Shown: positions 8,538-18,217 of the stretch, in pieces
Position numbering within the stretch: position 1 is the stretch's first letter
How the letters are laid out: each line of letters opens with the position of its first letter
IMG/VR virus record: IMGVR_UViG_3300036046_000007
Span: 1 to 53,258 of that record
DNA: 53,258 bases
Direction: 5' to 3' (one strand)
Source of the DNA: a virus
Taxonomy: Duplodnaviria; Caudoviricetes
Notes under the pieces: model-generated
What the model saw: only the letters and a program-made list of their open reading frames with translations
Databases searched by the model: none
Told to the model about the DNA's origin: nothing
Translations under genes and position numbers: made by a program

Positions 8538-10928
8538 TCAGAATGGCACGTCTCCCGTGGACGGCAATGACCCTTGTGCAGGCGTCGACCAGTCCCGTGC
8601 CCCATGCAGCTCAACCCACCGCGCTCGGCACGTCTCCAGGTCCGGCAGCAACCAGTGCCACAAGCGCTTCTCGACCTTGACAACATAGCCGTCGCCGGTC
8701 GGCACCTCAACCTTGGCCAGCTTCTGGATCGGCTCCAGCTTAGGACACATGCGGTGCATGAACTTGCCCAGGGCGGTCTGGTTGCCCCTGCGCGACACGT
8801 TCCAGCGCTTGGTGTGCTCGATGTAGTCGTCCGTGAGGTGGTCCTTGATGACTTCAGCGGGCCAGCCATCCTGGTCGGGGAGCAGCACGCCCTCCTCCAG
8901 CTTGTTGAGCCACCAGTCCTCCTCGGCGGTGAGGCTGAGATCCTTCTGGTCGCGCAGCGCCTGGGTCTGCGGCACGTCCTGCACCCGGTAGCCGGACAGG
9001 TCATAGGTGAGCAGGTGGTGAAGCAGGGCTTCGCGCCCACCGTTGTCCATCTGATCAGCGATCGCGCCGAAGTATTCTGCCTTCTGCTGCTGGGCCTCGC
9101 CCACGTCCAGCACGAAGAAGCGGCGCTCATCACCCGACGCAGGCACCACATGCTCGTCGTTGGCCGCCATCATCAAGTGGACATAATTGGGAGCGGTCTC
9201 CACGTCAACGCCCTTGGCCTCGATCTGCAAGGTGTCCTCGGTGATCAAGGTCTTGAGAATGGAGGCGTGCTTCTTGTCCCCGGCGTAGAACGCCTCGTCA
9301 GCGAACAGGAACACTGCATCTCGCAAGTGCGAGTTGAAGTTGCCGATCAGGTGGCTCGGGTTGGAGATGTGGAGGAAGTGCCGCCCGAACAGCATGCCCA
9401 CCTGCCGCGCGACGAAGCTCTTGCCGACGCCCTTGCCGCCCCGCATGACCACGGCCACGTGCCCAGGGGTGCCAGGGTGCTGCACCATCCGCGCCAGCCA
9501 GCCCATCAGGTAGCGGTAATGGTCCTCGTTGCCCTGACAGACGTTGTCCTTCAGGTGGGCCAGGAACAGGGAGCAGTCGCCGGGCCGCGCGGCCACGCTG
9601 AACCCCTTCCACAGGTTGTAGGCGTCAGGCACCTCACGATTGGGAGCGAACACGATCTTGCCGAACTGCCTCCGCATAGGATGGTTGATCCACCAGGCCC
9701 CCACCGGCTTCATGATGGGGTTGCCCTTGCTGTCCTCGCCGACCTTCACGAACTTGTTGCAATAGAAGTTTCGGAAGTCATCGAAGCTCTGGCGCGTCAG
9801 CCGGGACCGGCCCAGCACCTCGTCCTCCACCTCCTCGACCACCCGGCACCGACCACCAATGTTGGCGATGACCGCGTAGCGGTTGTTCAGCTGCGTCAGC
9901 CAAGGGTCGATGGCATATTCATGCGCGCGTTCGATCTGTCGCACCGCATACTTCTGGGCGTTGGCCCCATGCTGGAGCACGCTCTCGCTGATCCCGAAGT
10001 CCGGGTCAGTGATGATCGAATACATGACATCGTCGGGGACACCCGACCGCACCATGCCGCAGAGCGCGTCGAAGACCCAGGCCGACCGGCTGTTGTCTTT
10101 CTCCTTCCGCTCGTCAGGATGGTGGCCCTGCACGATAATGACCTTCACGCGGTCCGGAACCGACCACTGGTCGAGCTCGCTGACGTCTGCGATGCGCTCC
10201 ACGTTGCCAGAGATCTGGACCGTCTTGGCCGCGCCGGAGAAGCCCTCGTCGCCGGGGCTCTGCTGCGTAGGCGCGGGGGTGAAGGTGTCGAGCGGGTAGG
10301 CGTGGTCCTCGAACGAGATCAGCTCAGCCAGGGTAGGCACCCGGCCCTTCTTGGCCTTCTTGGCGTCCGGCAGGTTGATGGTGCCGGGCAGCCGCATGAT
10401 GCGGTCGACGTTGTGGCAGTGGTCCGCGCCGAACAGGATCTCCAGCTGCTGGTTGTAGCGCTTGGCCTCTTCAGCGAGCTCCAGCTCGCCATTGATCGGC
10501 ATGGGATCGGTCAGCCGCCAGAAGCCCTGGTAGCCGCCGCCCGAGAATACCACGGCGGTGGGCGCAGGCACTCCCTTGGGCAGCTTCTCAGTGAGCAGCC
10601 TCAGTGCGCGCTGGCGTTCCTCCTCGATGTCCTCCCCGGCGCGCGGATCGATGTCCACATGAAGCCATGCGAGTTCCTTGATCTCCTCGCGCTTGGTCTT
10701 CTTGTCGCCACCCTCATAGAGCGGCGGGTTGACCTGGAAGTAGATGTTGAAGCGCCCGTTGTATTGCTCCAGCCAATCGCGCAGCTGAGCGATCGTCTTG
10801 GGACCGAAGCTCTGCGTATCAATGGACTTGCGGTCCGGGCGGATCGCAGTGAGAACCCAGGGGCCAGCGGGAGCCCAACGCTCAAGGAATGATACAGCTG
10901 CGTCGTTGTCAGTCTTCGGTGCAGCCAT
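8538..10928 (-). CDS. DNA primase-helicase (RepB/primpol-like N-terminus, SF3-type NTPase C-terminus)
   Basis: WLHVDIDP, VFSGGGYQGFW and RIMRLPGTIN primase motifs; GGKGVGKS Walker A, LFADEA Walker B, DERRFFVL. Confidence 0.88.
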   Translation of the reverse strand: MAAPKTDNDAAVSFLERWAPAGPWVLTAIRPDRKSIDTQSFGPKTIAQLRDWLEQYNGRFNIYFQVNPPLYEGGDKKTKREEIKELAWLHVDIDPRAGEDIEEERQRALRLLTEKLPKGVPAPTAVVFSGGGYQGFWRLTDPMPINGELELAEEAKRYNQQLEILFGADHCHNVDRIMRLPGTINLPDAKKAKKGRVPTLAELISFEDHAYPLDTFTPAPTQQSPGDEGFSGAAKTVQISGNVERIADVSELDQWSVPDRVKVIIVQGHHPDERKEKDNSRSAWVFDALCGMVRSGVPDDVMYSIITDPDFGISESVLQHGANAQKYAVRQIERAHEYAIDPWLTQLNNRYAVIANIGGRCRVVEEVEDEVLGRSRLTRQSFDDFRNFYCNKFVKVGEDSKGNPIMKPVGAWWINHPMRRQFGKIVFAPNREVPDAYNLWKGFSVAARPGDCSLFLAHLKDNVCQGNEDHYRYLMGWLARMVQHPGTPGHVAVVMRGGKGVGKSFVARQVGMLFGRHFLHISNPSHLIGNFNSHLRDAVFLFADEAFYAGDKKHASILKTLITEDTLQIEAKGVDVETAPNYVHLMMAANDEHVVPASGDERRFFVLDVGEAQQQKAEYFGAIADQMDNGGREALLHHLLTYDLSGYRVQDVPQTQALRDQKDLSLTAEEDWWLNKLEEGVLLPDQDGWPAEVIKDHLTDDYIEHTKRWNVSRRGNQTALGKFMHRMCPKLEPIQKLAKVEVPTGDGYVVKVEKRLWHWLLPDLETCRARWVELHGARDWSTPAQGSLPSTGDVPF

Positions 10929-10929
10929 C

Positions 10930-11280
10930 TCACTGCTCCCAATACTGGACTAGCTCCGTGCTGTCGACCTCACCGCGCTCCATCTGGCGCACCCACATCT
11001 TGCAGCGGTTGAGATCCTCGGCCACCTTGGCCTGCGTCACGCCGACACGCCGACGGTAGAGCAGGCACTTCTCGTGCGGCTTGAGCGGACTGACGCGGGG
11101 GAGCACCGGCCCTGGGCCCAGGGTCTCGATGGGGTCGTCGAGCCCGCGCTCCCAGCGGCTGTAGCGGCTCTGGCTGACCTTGTATCGAAGCGCCGCCTCC
11201 GCCTGGGTTTCGTCACGCCGACGACGATCGACGAGCAGCCGCTCCGCCGCCGTCAGGCTCCCTAGATCTGCATGAGGCAT
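10930..11280 (-). CDS. tandem Cro/CI-type HTH DNA-binding protein
   Basis: Two HTH units: TQAEAALRYKVSQSRYSRWERG and TQAKVAEDLNRCKMWVRQMERG. Confidence 0.85.
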   Translation of the reverse strand: MPHADLGSLTAAERLLVDRRRRDETQAEAALRYKVSQSRYSRWERGLDDPIETLGPGPVLPRVSPLKPHEKCLLYRRRVGVTQAKVAEDLNRCKMWVRQMERGEVDSTELVQYWEQ

Positions 11281-11663
11281 CGCTTCAATTCCTTCATCTC
11301 AATTCCACCGTGCCATACCCGCACGGCCATTTCCTCCAGCCTGGCCCTGGGCACGTAGCCCAGCTCGGCTGCCGCCCCCGCACCGGGGAGCAGAAGCCAG
11401 TCCTGCCCCACCTGGAGCAGAACGTGGACGCGCCCCCCGGCGCGAGCTCTTCGCTTGATCCAGACGCGCTGTCCGGTGCGGAAGTGGACGCACGGCACCA
11501 CTGCATCGGGATCGCGGGGCCAGCGCCGGAGCTTCTTTAGCTCGATCCAGCCCTCGACGTAATTCACATCTGGCGTGCCGGGTCGGGCTGGGTTCTCGAC
11601 AGAGACCGCGTCCAAGGACCGGAGCCCCCGGACGACACGCTGTCTCATAGTTTGCTCGCTCAT
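11262..11663 (-). CDS. PD-(D/E)XK nuclease, putative Holliday junction resolvase
   Basis: MSE...VEN...PGTPDVNY..GWIELK...Q..W motif set. Confidence 0.8.
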   Translation of the reverse strand: MSEQTMRQRVVRGLRSLDAVSVENPARPGTPDVNYVEGWIELKKLRRWPRDPDAVVPCVHFRTGQRVWIKRRARAGGRVHVLLQVGQDWLLLPGAGAAAELGYVPRARLEEMAVRVWHGGIEMKELKRCLMQI

Positions 11664-12118
11664 GCATCGCTCTCAACTTTCGAGGGAGCCCAGCCGCTGA
11701 CCTCAATACCAGCCTCGCGCAGCATGGCGATCGACTTGCGCGTGCTGTCCGCCCACCGCTCCTGGAACGAGTAGGGCACGTTCTCGGGCCACACCACCCG
11801 GCTGAGCCCGGCCTGCACCAGGTGCACCGCGCAGCGCTCGCAGACCGGATGGGAGCAGTAGAGGGTGTAGCCACGCACCGGCTCATGGGCCGACAGCACC
11901 GCGTTCATCTCAGCATGGACGACGCGCGCCAGCTTCTGCTCGCGGTCTGCATAGAGCGCGGGTGCGTCGCTCATCCCACGCGGGAAGCCGTTGAAGCCCA
12001 GGGAGGCGACCGACTTGTCAGGGCGGACGATCACCGCGCCGACTTGCGAGCTCGGATCCTTCGACCAGTCAGAGACATGGCCGCACAGGTCGAGGAAGCG
12101 GGTGTCCCACTTGCTCAC
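11660..12118 (-). CDS. dCMP deaminase
   Basis: SKDPSSQVGAVIV, GFNGFPRG, HAEMNA and PVCERC zinc motifs; GTG start coupled to the upstream stop. Confidence 0.92.
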   Translation of the reverse strand: MSKWDTRFLDLCGHVSDWSKDPSSQVGAVIVRPDKSVASLGFNGFPRGMSDAPALYADREQKLARVVHAEMNAVLSAHEPVRGYTLYCSHPVCERCAVHLVQAGLSRVVWPENVPYSFQERWADSTRKSIAMLREAGIEVSGWAPSKVESDA

Positions 12119-12597
12119 GCCGCCTGCTCCTTGGGCCAGGAGCGGTCGCCATGGATCTCGACGAAGTCCTTGTAGTGGACCCAGCCCGCGTCGGTCATGA
12201 AGCCCCACTCACGGACCTTCGGCCCGGTAATGAACAGGCTGACCGTGCGCTCGACGCCGGGCAACAGCTCCAGCCGGTGCAAGGCATCCGCCGGGCGGTG
12301 AACCACTTCGCCCTCGTGGCGTTCGAACACGCCCTCCGGTGTGTGCTCCAGGTAGCCACCTCGGATGACCACTGAAGTGTTCGGCCAGGGATGATCGTGC
12401 AGCGCGCGGTCGTCGTCCGGCCCGAGCATCTCGTGCAGGTAGACGTTGGAGAAATAGTTGCGGGGGATGACCCACCAACGGCGCAAGTAATTGACACCGA
12501 TCTCGAAGTCGCGGGGCCGGGAGACCATGATACCGTCTGCCCACTTTTGCATCTCTGGCAGGTCACAGCGGAATTCAGTGTGGGGCTGGTAAAGCAT
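12115..12597 (-). CDS. cupin-fold protein
   Basis: YLH...LHDHPW...GGYLE...HRLEL...WGF metal-binding cupin-like motifs. Confidence 0.7.
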   Translation of the reverse strand: MLYQPHTEFRCDLPEMQKWADGIMVSRPRDFEIGVNYLRRWWVIPRNYFSNVYLHEMLGPDDDRALHDHPWPNTSVVIRGGYLEHTPEGVFERHEGEVVHRPADALHRLELLPGVERTVSLFITGPKVREWGFMTDAGWVHYKDFVEIHGDRSWPKEQAA

Positions 12598-14574
12598 CTA
12601 GATCTCCTTGGCCTCGCCCCAGCTGGGGCCGATTTCTGTGTCAACTTTGAACGGCACCTCAGCGAGGCGAACGGTCCGCATGGTGTGCCCGATTGCCTTG
12701 CCTTCCTCAACCGAGGCCACCGAGCAATCGATTTCGTCGTGCACCTGCAATTGAATGAACCTGCCCTCGCGGTCAAGCGCGACCAGGGCCTCCTTGGTCT
12801 GGTCCGCCGAGCTGCCCTGGATGATCCGGTTCAGCGCCTTGTGGCACCAGTCGTAGGAGCCGTCGTTGCGCTGTGGGAAATGCAGCCGCCGCCCGCCGAT
12901 GGTCGTGACGTAGCCGCGCTTCTTGGCAGTCTCCTCAGCCTTCTTGGCCAGCTGGCGGATGAACGGAGCGCGTTCGTCGAAGGCGTCCAGCACCCCCTGG
13001 GCCTCTTCACCGGCTGCCTCGAACACATAGCCGCTCTCCCGTTCGCGGCGCGCGTTGAACGCCTCCTGCTGAGTGGCGAAGTATTCAATCTCGCGCCGTC
13101 CCATCGACCACTTGCCTGCGAGAGCCCAGCGGGTGGGGAGCCCCAGGTCGTGGCTGAGCTTGGCCCCGCCTTCACCATAGCACAGGCCCAGGTAGACGTT
13201 CTTGGCGTACTTGCGCGGCAGGCCGGTGAGCTCCGCCATGAAGGTATGGTTGTCCAGCAGTGGATCGTCGTGATAGGCCTGAGCCGCCTGGCGCGCCTTC
13301 TCCAGGTCCATGACCGCAGCGAAGTGGGTGGTCCAGCGAGGTTCCTGCTGGGAGTAGTCGTTGGTGGCCCAGAGGGAGCCCTCCTCGGGCTCATAGATCG
13401 AGCGCCAGCGGGCCGCGAACTCATCCCGGCTGGGCTGCTGCTGGAGGTTCGGGTCGACGCAGCTGAGGCGACCGTAGCGCGCCCCCTTGATGCCGCCCCC
13501 GGTCCCGTCGTCCACCGCGATCTGGTTGAAGGTGCAGTGGATCCGTCCGTTCACCTCGTAGCGTCGCACGGAAGCAGCGAAGGTTGTCCTGAGCTTGTTG
13601 ACTTTCCTGGCCCAGCCCAGGGCCTTGGCCACCGGGTGATCGATGCCGGACAGCACGTCCTTGTCGATCTGGGGTTGGCCGGTGCTGGTGGTCCCGAGCT
13701 GAATGCCGATGGCTTCCAGTGCCGGGGCGATCGCTCCAGCCTTCCACACGTCGCCTACAGCCACGCGGATGCCGCTCTCGTGCTGAACGCGCGCGAGCGC
13801 TTCTGCCTCCTGGGCCAGCGACCATTCCTCGATCCCGGCGAGCTTGTCCATGTTGACGCGCACGCCCCGGCGACGCATCCGGACCAACACTGGCAGCACC
13901 TGGCTCTCCAGGTTCCAGATGTCCCACAGATCCTTCTCGTCGATCTCACGCTCTTGACGTCGCAAGATCAGGAGCGGCTGCGCGGTGTCTGCTTCAGCGT
14001 AGCGGCCCACGAAGCGCGCGGGCAAGCGCCACATGCCGTTCTTGGGGTCGACGCCGAAGGCCCGCGCTGCCTCGCGCAGCTTGTCCTCGTCCTTGCCGGG
14101 GAGCCCCCGGCGCTCGGCGATGGACTGCAGCGAGTAGCTGTTGTGCAGCTCATTGATGAGCGGATCAGCCACCTGAATGTCACGGTAGAAGCGGACGTTG
14201 GGGAATTCAACGCCCTCCTCCCAGAGATAGTCCAGGTCATAGGCCAGGTGCGCGCCGACCAGGTCGCCCTTGAACAACCGGGCCTGCTCGCGCAGGTAGC
14301 CGAACACAGCCTCGACCGGAAGGTTGTCCCCGCCCTCGTGCCGCACAGGCAGGTAGTGGGTGGGGCCGTCCTCGATGGAGAAGCTGACGCCTGTAATGTA
14401 GCCACCGCGCCGCACACCGATGCCGAGCTCCTTGAGATGAGTGTCTCGGGTCTCGCAGTCGATACACAGTCGCTTGGCCTCTGCCCAGGAGGGCAGGTCA
14501 CCCATGGTCGGAGGACGCCAATCGCTCTCCGGCTCGAACAGGGGCATCTGGAGGTAGGTGGATGCCTTGGCCAT
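12598..14574 (-). CDS. DNA polymerase family A with 3'-5' exonuclease
   Basis: IDCETRD ExoI, GRLSCVDPNLQQ, DYSQQEPR motif A, RKYAKNVYLGLCYG motif B, LQVHDEI motif C. Confidence 0.96.
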   Translation of the reverse strand: MAKASTYLQMPLFEPESDWRPPTMGDLPSWAEAKRLCIDCETRDTHLKELGIGVRRGGYITGVSFSIEDGPTHYLPVRHEGGDNLPVEAVFGYLREQARLFKGDLVGAHLAYDLDYLWEEGVEFPNVRFYRDIQVADPLINELHNSYSLQSIAERRGLPGKDEDKLREAARAFGVDPKNGMWRLPARFVGRYAEADTAQPLLILRRQEREIDEKDLWDIWNLESQVLPVLVRMRRRGVRVNMDKLAGIEEWSLAQEAEALARVQHESGIRVAVGDVWKAGAIAPALEAIGIQLGTTSTGQPQIDKDVLSGIDHPVAKALGWARKVNKLRTTFAASVRRYEVNGRIHCTFNQIAVDDGTGGGIKGARYGRLSCVDPNLQQQPSRDEFAARWRSIYEPEEGSLWATNDYSQQEPRWTTHFAAVMDLEKARQAAQAYHDDPLLDNHTFMAELTGLPRKYAKNVYLGLCYGEGGAKLSHDLGLPTRWALAGKWSMGRREIEYFATQQEAFNARRERESGYVFEAAGEEAQGVLDAFDERAPFIRQLAKKAEETAKKRGYVTTIGGRRLHFPQRNDGSYDWCHKALNRIIQGSSADQTKEALVALDREGRFIQLQVHDEIDCSVASVEEGKAIGHTMRTVRLAEVPFKVDTEIGPSWGEAKEI

Positions 14575-15089
14575 TACTGCGTTGGCCCCGGCAAGCCCTG
14601 CTCTAGGCTGCGCGCGCGGCGGTAAGCCTGTATGTCGTGATCGCGATCCTCGCGCCGCCCAATGATAGCAAAATAGTCCATGTCGTGATCCAAATAACGC
14701 TCAAGCATTACACCAGAGCAGTTGAACACCCAGCATTCCGTATAGACCGGCCCCAATTCGAGGATCGACATTGCATAGTGTCCATACAAGTGTAGCTTGA
14801 TAGGGGTCACCGGAGACGTGTGCACAACCTCGGCCAATATCAGACGATGGTTTCCGTCGTCGCTTCGATCCAGGCCCCAAAGGTCGGGATGCCGTGGTAT
14901 CTTTGGCAGCTCCTGGTTGAAGTAGGCCTCATCACGGTAAGGCGGCTCCTCTTCTTGTTCATCAACAAAGAGCGAGAGGAGCCGCCCACGCAGCCGCTGG
15001 CTCTTCAAACGGGTCTCAGCCGGTGGCTTGAGCTGTGGGAACAGCTCTGACACGCGACGAATGCCACTCTCATGAAGAGCGCCAGGCAT
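14574..15089 (-). CDS. hypothetical protein, possible restriction-endonuclease-like PD-(D/E)XK protein
   Basis: 171 aa, visibly lower GC; RHPDLWG...LILAEVVHTSPV; TAATG coupling at both ends. Confidence 0.55.
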   Translation of the reverse strand: MPGALHESGIRRVSELFPQLKPPAETRLKSQRLRGRLLSLFVDEQEEEPPYRDEAYFNQELPKIPRHPDLWGLDRSDDGNHRLILAEVVHTSPVTPIKLHLYGHYAMSILELGPVYTECWVFNCSGVMLERYLDHDMDYFAIIGRREDRDHDIQAYRRARSLEQGLPGPTQ

Positions 15090-15294
15090 TACGCGCCCAG
15101 GAGCTGAGCCACGCGGAACTGTGCGGCCAAGCGCCGGGCGGAGTAGCGCTTCCAGCCCTTGGTCGGGTGCAGCGCATCATAGCCACGATCGTCAGCGTGC
15201 ATCCCCGCACCGGCTGGGTCGGGCGAGGATACATCTCGTTGTAGGTCTTGGGGCCGAGGCGCTTGCGGCGGATCTTGCGAGCCAGTGAAGTCAT
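15089..15294 (-). CDS. small basic protein apparently split by a 1-nt frameshift at a G4 run (15203-15206)
   Basis: MTSLARKIRRKRLG...PTQPVR, then the -1 frame MHADDRGYDALHPTKGWKRYSARRLAAQFRVAQLLGA, ending in TAATG overlapping the next start. Confidence 0.55.
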
Positions 15295-15295
15295 G

Positions 15296-15682
15296 TCAGT
15301 TGTCCTTGTTGAGTTGGATGAGCTCGCGCAGATCCTTCTGCACAGCCTCCAGGTGGGGGCGGCAATCCCAGCGGCAGAGCAGCTGGATGATCGACCGCTC
15401 CACCACGTCCAGCGGAGCGACGAATGCGCTGACCAGGTCCATGCGCGCCACCCCCCTGGGCAACCGCACGCCCTCGTCGTGCAGCTCGATCAGCTTCTGC
15501 ACATAGTGCTCAGCCTTCTCGAGATCCTGGACGCCACCCTTCTGTCGCCAGCGCGCCACATACTTGGTCGCGCAGCCCTCCAGGTAGCCGATGCCCGATC
15601 GTTCAATCAGGTCCCAGTGTTCAATTCCCCCATCCCGCTTGTAGTGGCTTCCCCCGATCTGCCGATCGTTAGCTTGGCTCAT
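15296..15682 (-). CDS. DUF3310/SaV-like protein
   Basis: QIGGSHYK...YLEGCATKYVARWRQKGGVQDLEKAEHY signature. Confidence 0.85.
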   Translation of the reverse strand: MSQANDRQIGGSHYKRDGGIEHWDLIERSGIGYLEGCATKYVARWRQKGGVQDLEKAEHYVQKLIELHDEGVRLPRGVARMDLVSAFVAPLDVVERSIIQLLCRWDCRPHLEAVQKDLRELIQLNKDN

Positions 15683-16694
15683 TGACCTTCTTCTCTCGCC
15701 TTTCCAACCACTCCAGGGCGGCGCGCCGCCAGTCAGTGGCCTTGCAATTCTCCAGGGCTTCACGAGCCAGGTCGAAGCGCTCCTGCCCGTCCGTGCTCTT
15801 GTAGGCTTCATGCGCCACCCACATGGGGATGGCAACCCGACGGAAGAACGGATCTCGCAGCCCAGGGGTGGGACCTACGTCCATGAAAACGGACAGGTCT
15901 TCACGCCAGCGAGCGAGCTCCGTCGACATCAACGGGAAGGGCTCCACCTCCTCGTTGTGGTAAGGGTCGTCGGTGAAGTAGTGGCCTCCCGCCGCGACCA
16001 GGGGCTCCAGGGTCGCGTGATAGGCGTGGAGGTTGTTTGACAGCTGGAAGAAGCGCCCCACCTCGACGCCGATCGCCGTGGCGAGATACTCGTGCAGATA
16101 GCTGAAGTGAACAGCGTTCGCACCGTAGGCTCCCCAGATGATGTCGTTGCTGCGGTTGAGCAGCGTCATCTCAAGGCGGCCATCGACGCCGATCGACACG
16201 AAGATCTGCGTGTTGCAGGGCACGTCCTTGCCGGGCTTCTTGTGGTTGCCGGCACCGACCGCCAGCGGCAGGTCGACCGTCGGGTCCCACATGCCGATGA
16301 CACAGCGGCGACTGTCTGGGTTCTTGCGCAGCTCGTCGATCACCATCTGCAGCTGGTCGTAGCCGAACCAGCTGATCCAGCGGCGACCATACGCGCCATG
16401 CAGGGTCTTGCCATCGTCGCTGAAGGTCCGCATGCGCTTGACGAAGCGCTCGACGAACTTGACGTCGTCGCGCCCCGACAGCATCCACAGGCTCTCGAAC
16501 AGGTGGAAGAACGGGTTGGCATCGCGGGGCGGGTTGAACAGCACCCGCTCCCTGGGCCGCTCGTAGGTCGTCATGACCGGCTCGCGGAACAGGGAGACGG
16601 GGCCGTTGCGACTGTCCCGGTGCTCCCCGCGCTCAGCCAGAAGCTGAAGCGCGGCGGGCAGCGCGTCGTTCACATTGCGGACACGAAGCTCCAT
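15669..16694 (-). CDS. thymidylate synthase-family enzyme, probable dUMP hydroxymethylase
   Basis: YGRRW, PDSRR, catalytic DVPCN, RSNDIIWGAYGAN (Asn at the dUMP-specificity position), NLHAY; sits in the hypermodification cluster. Confidence 0.88.
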   Translation of the reverse strand: MELRVRNVNDALPAALQLLAERGEHRDSRNGPVSLFREPVMTTYERPRERVLFNPPRDANPFFHLFESLWMLSGRDDVKFVERFVKRMRTFSDDGKTLHGAYGRRWISWFGYDQLQMVIDELRKNPDSRRCVIGMWDPTVDLPLAVGAGNHKKPGKDVPCNTQIFVSIGVDGRLEMTLLNRSNDIIWGAYGANAVHFSYLHEYLATAIGVEVGRFFQLSNNLHAYHATLEPLVAAGGHYFTDDPYHNEEVEPFPLMSTELARWREDLSVFMDVGPTPGLRDPFFRRVAIPMWVAHEAYKSTDGQERFDLAREALENCKATDWRRAALEWLERREKKVNEPS

Positions 16695-16695
16695 G

Positions 16696-17310
16696 TCAGG
16701 CTGCCGCCTTGAGGCCGATCTCGGCGTTCAGGTCGGAGATCAGCAGTGCCGGCAGAGTGCCCTTCGGCCCAGCGTGAACCTCCGGCAGCAGCTCAGTCAC
16801 TTCCGGCCACACCTCGACCAGGCGCGCCACCGACGTGACGCTCTCGACGACAGCCTTGACCCGGCTACGCAGGGCGCGCTCGCGTTCGCTCAGCTCCTTC
16901 TGCATCGCGTCGAGGATCGCCTTGGCGTCCCGCACCGCGTTGCGCGCGGCCATGTAGGGGTGGTCGGGGCTGATGATCGAGGCGATGTGGGTGCCGTGAC
17001 GATTGTCGTGCACCTCGTAGGGCACCCGCTGAGCCTCGGCGAACTGGATCTGGATAACCTCGTTGGTCTCCTCGACCGCGACCTTGACGGACGTGCTCTT
17101 CGGGAACCAGCCCTCCGGAGCGGCGCTCAGGCGCTTGCGGTCGACTTCGCTGAACGCAGCTTCATAGCCAACCTTGTCGCGTTCCTGGGTGAGCTGACGG
17201 ACTTGTTCCTCCTGCTCGGCGATCTGCAGCTTGTCGGCGGCGAACCGCTGGGCAACTGCGTTGGCGATGATCCCATCACGGATCTCGGCGGTGATACGAA
17301 TGTAACCCAT
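16696..17310 (-). CDS. nucleotide-modification-associated (Nmad5-like) protein
   Basis: RITAEIRDGIIANA N-terminus and SVTSVARLVEVWPE...LPALLISDLNAEIGL C-terminus. Confidence 0.7.
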   Translation of the reverse strand: MGYIRITAEIRDGIIANAVAQRFAADKLQIAEQEEQVRQLTQERDKVGYEAAFSEVDRKRLSAAPEGWFPKSTSVKVAVEETNEVIQIQFAEAQRVPYEVHDNRHGTHIASIISPDHPYMAARNAVRDAKAILDAMQKELSERERALRSRVKAVVESVTSVARLVEVWPEVTELLPEVHAGPKGTLPALLISDLNAEIGLKAAA

Positions 17311-17311
17311 G

Positions 17312-18217
17312 TCACTGATCTCCTGCATTATGGGGAGTGAACCTTTGCTTGGCGCGGCCCTCCCCGAGGCGCACACGCTCATACTTGTCGAACTCGCACA
17401 GCCAGTGCTGCACGGTAGCTAGCTCCCAGCGCGGCCAGTCCTCCGGCCAATAGTCGGGGTGGCTTGCCAGGGCCAGCAGCCCGCCCATGTGAGCCACCAT
17501 TTCCTCGCGCTGCCGCGCATTGTTGTAGTCAAAATGCCCCACCTCACCGTGCAGCACCCGGCTCAAGCCGCGCGCGCTCCCTGGGCCAGGGCACGTCCAG
17601 GTCATCGTGTCGGTGGCGTCGGCCAGCAGCGGCGAGTGACGCATGTCACAGACCATCTGGTAGGCCATGAATGGGCCCAGGTAGGGGAAGGGTAGCAGCT
17701 CCTCGTGGGCTCGCTGCAAGGTGTGATACCACTGGATGCCAGCCACCCGGTCCATGTGCCGCGCGCGCACCTGGTCGATGCAGTCCAGCAGCCCGTCAAC
17801 CTTGTTCACGCGCAACGGTGACTTGATCATATAGGCCGCGCCGAGGATGGTCTCTTTGCGAGCTACCCGTTCCTTGAGCAAGCGGCGAGCCTCTTCCGTG
17901 TCCCAATCGCCCAGGAGGAGGGGCTTCAGCAGCTCGCCGGTCTCGATCTTGTTGAACCAGCGGAACACCACCGCCGCCATATATTGGCGCGCCAGGTCAT
18001 CACCCAGCGGCTCGGTGAGGTTGGCGCGCATCCACCGGGTGACCCGATCGTCCTCGCGGAACACGTTGCAGAAGCGGCTGCCAGCGTAGATGGGATCATC
18101 GGTCCAAGGTGGGCCAATGGGCTGCTCACCGAGCGCAACCCGTTCCTCGTCGACTTGACGGCGGGTGAGTATATCGTAGCGCTCGCGGGCCGTGGCGAAG
18201 AAGGCTTCAGCCGTCAT
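17312..18217 (-). CDS. aGPT-Pplase1-type amino acid:DNA transferase (HhH glycosylase-like fold)
   Basis: PPWTDDPIY..SRFCNVFREDDRVTRW, FRWFNK, GPFMAYQMVCD, PGPGSARGL, QHWLCEFDKY. Confidence 0.85.
   Translation of the reverse strand: MTAEAFFATARERYDILTRRQVDEERVALGEQPIGPPWTDDPIYAGSRFCNVFREDDRVTRWMRANLTEPLGDDLARQYMAAVVFRWFNKIETGELLKPLLLGDWDTEEARRLLKERVARKETILGAAYMIKSPLRVNKVDGLLDCIDQVRARHMDRVAGIQWYHTLQRAHEELLPFPYLGPFMAYQMVCDMRHSPLLADATDTMTWTCPGPGSARGLSRVLHGEVGHFDYNNARQREEMVAHMGGLLALASHPDYWPEDWPRWELATVQHWLCEFDKYERVRLGEGRAKQRFTPHNAGDQ

Noticed and set aside
8538-11280. Integrase plus repressor (temperate module)
   Set aside because: The large ORF has primase and NTPase motifs rather than recombinase residues; the HTH gene alone does not show lysogeny.
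15669-16694. dCMP hydroxymethylase or ordinary thymidylate synthase
   Set aside because: Asn rather than Asp at the specificity site, a dCMP deaminase and hmU-modifying neighbours favour dUMP hydroxymethylase; no glycosyltransferase was seen.
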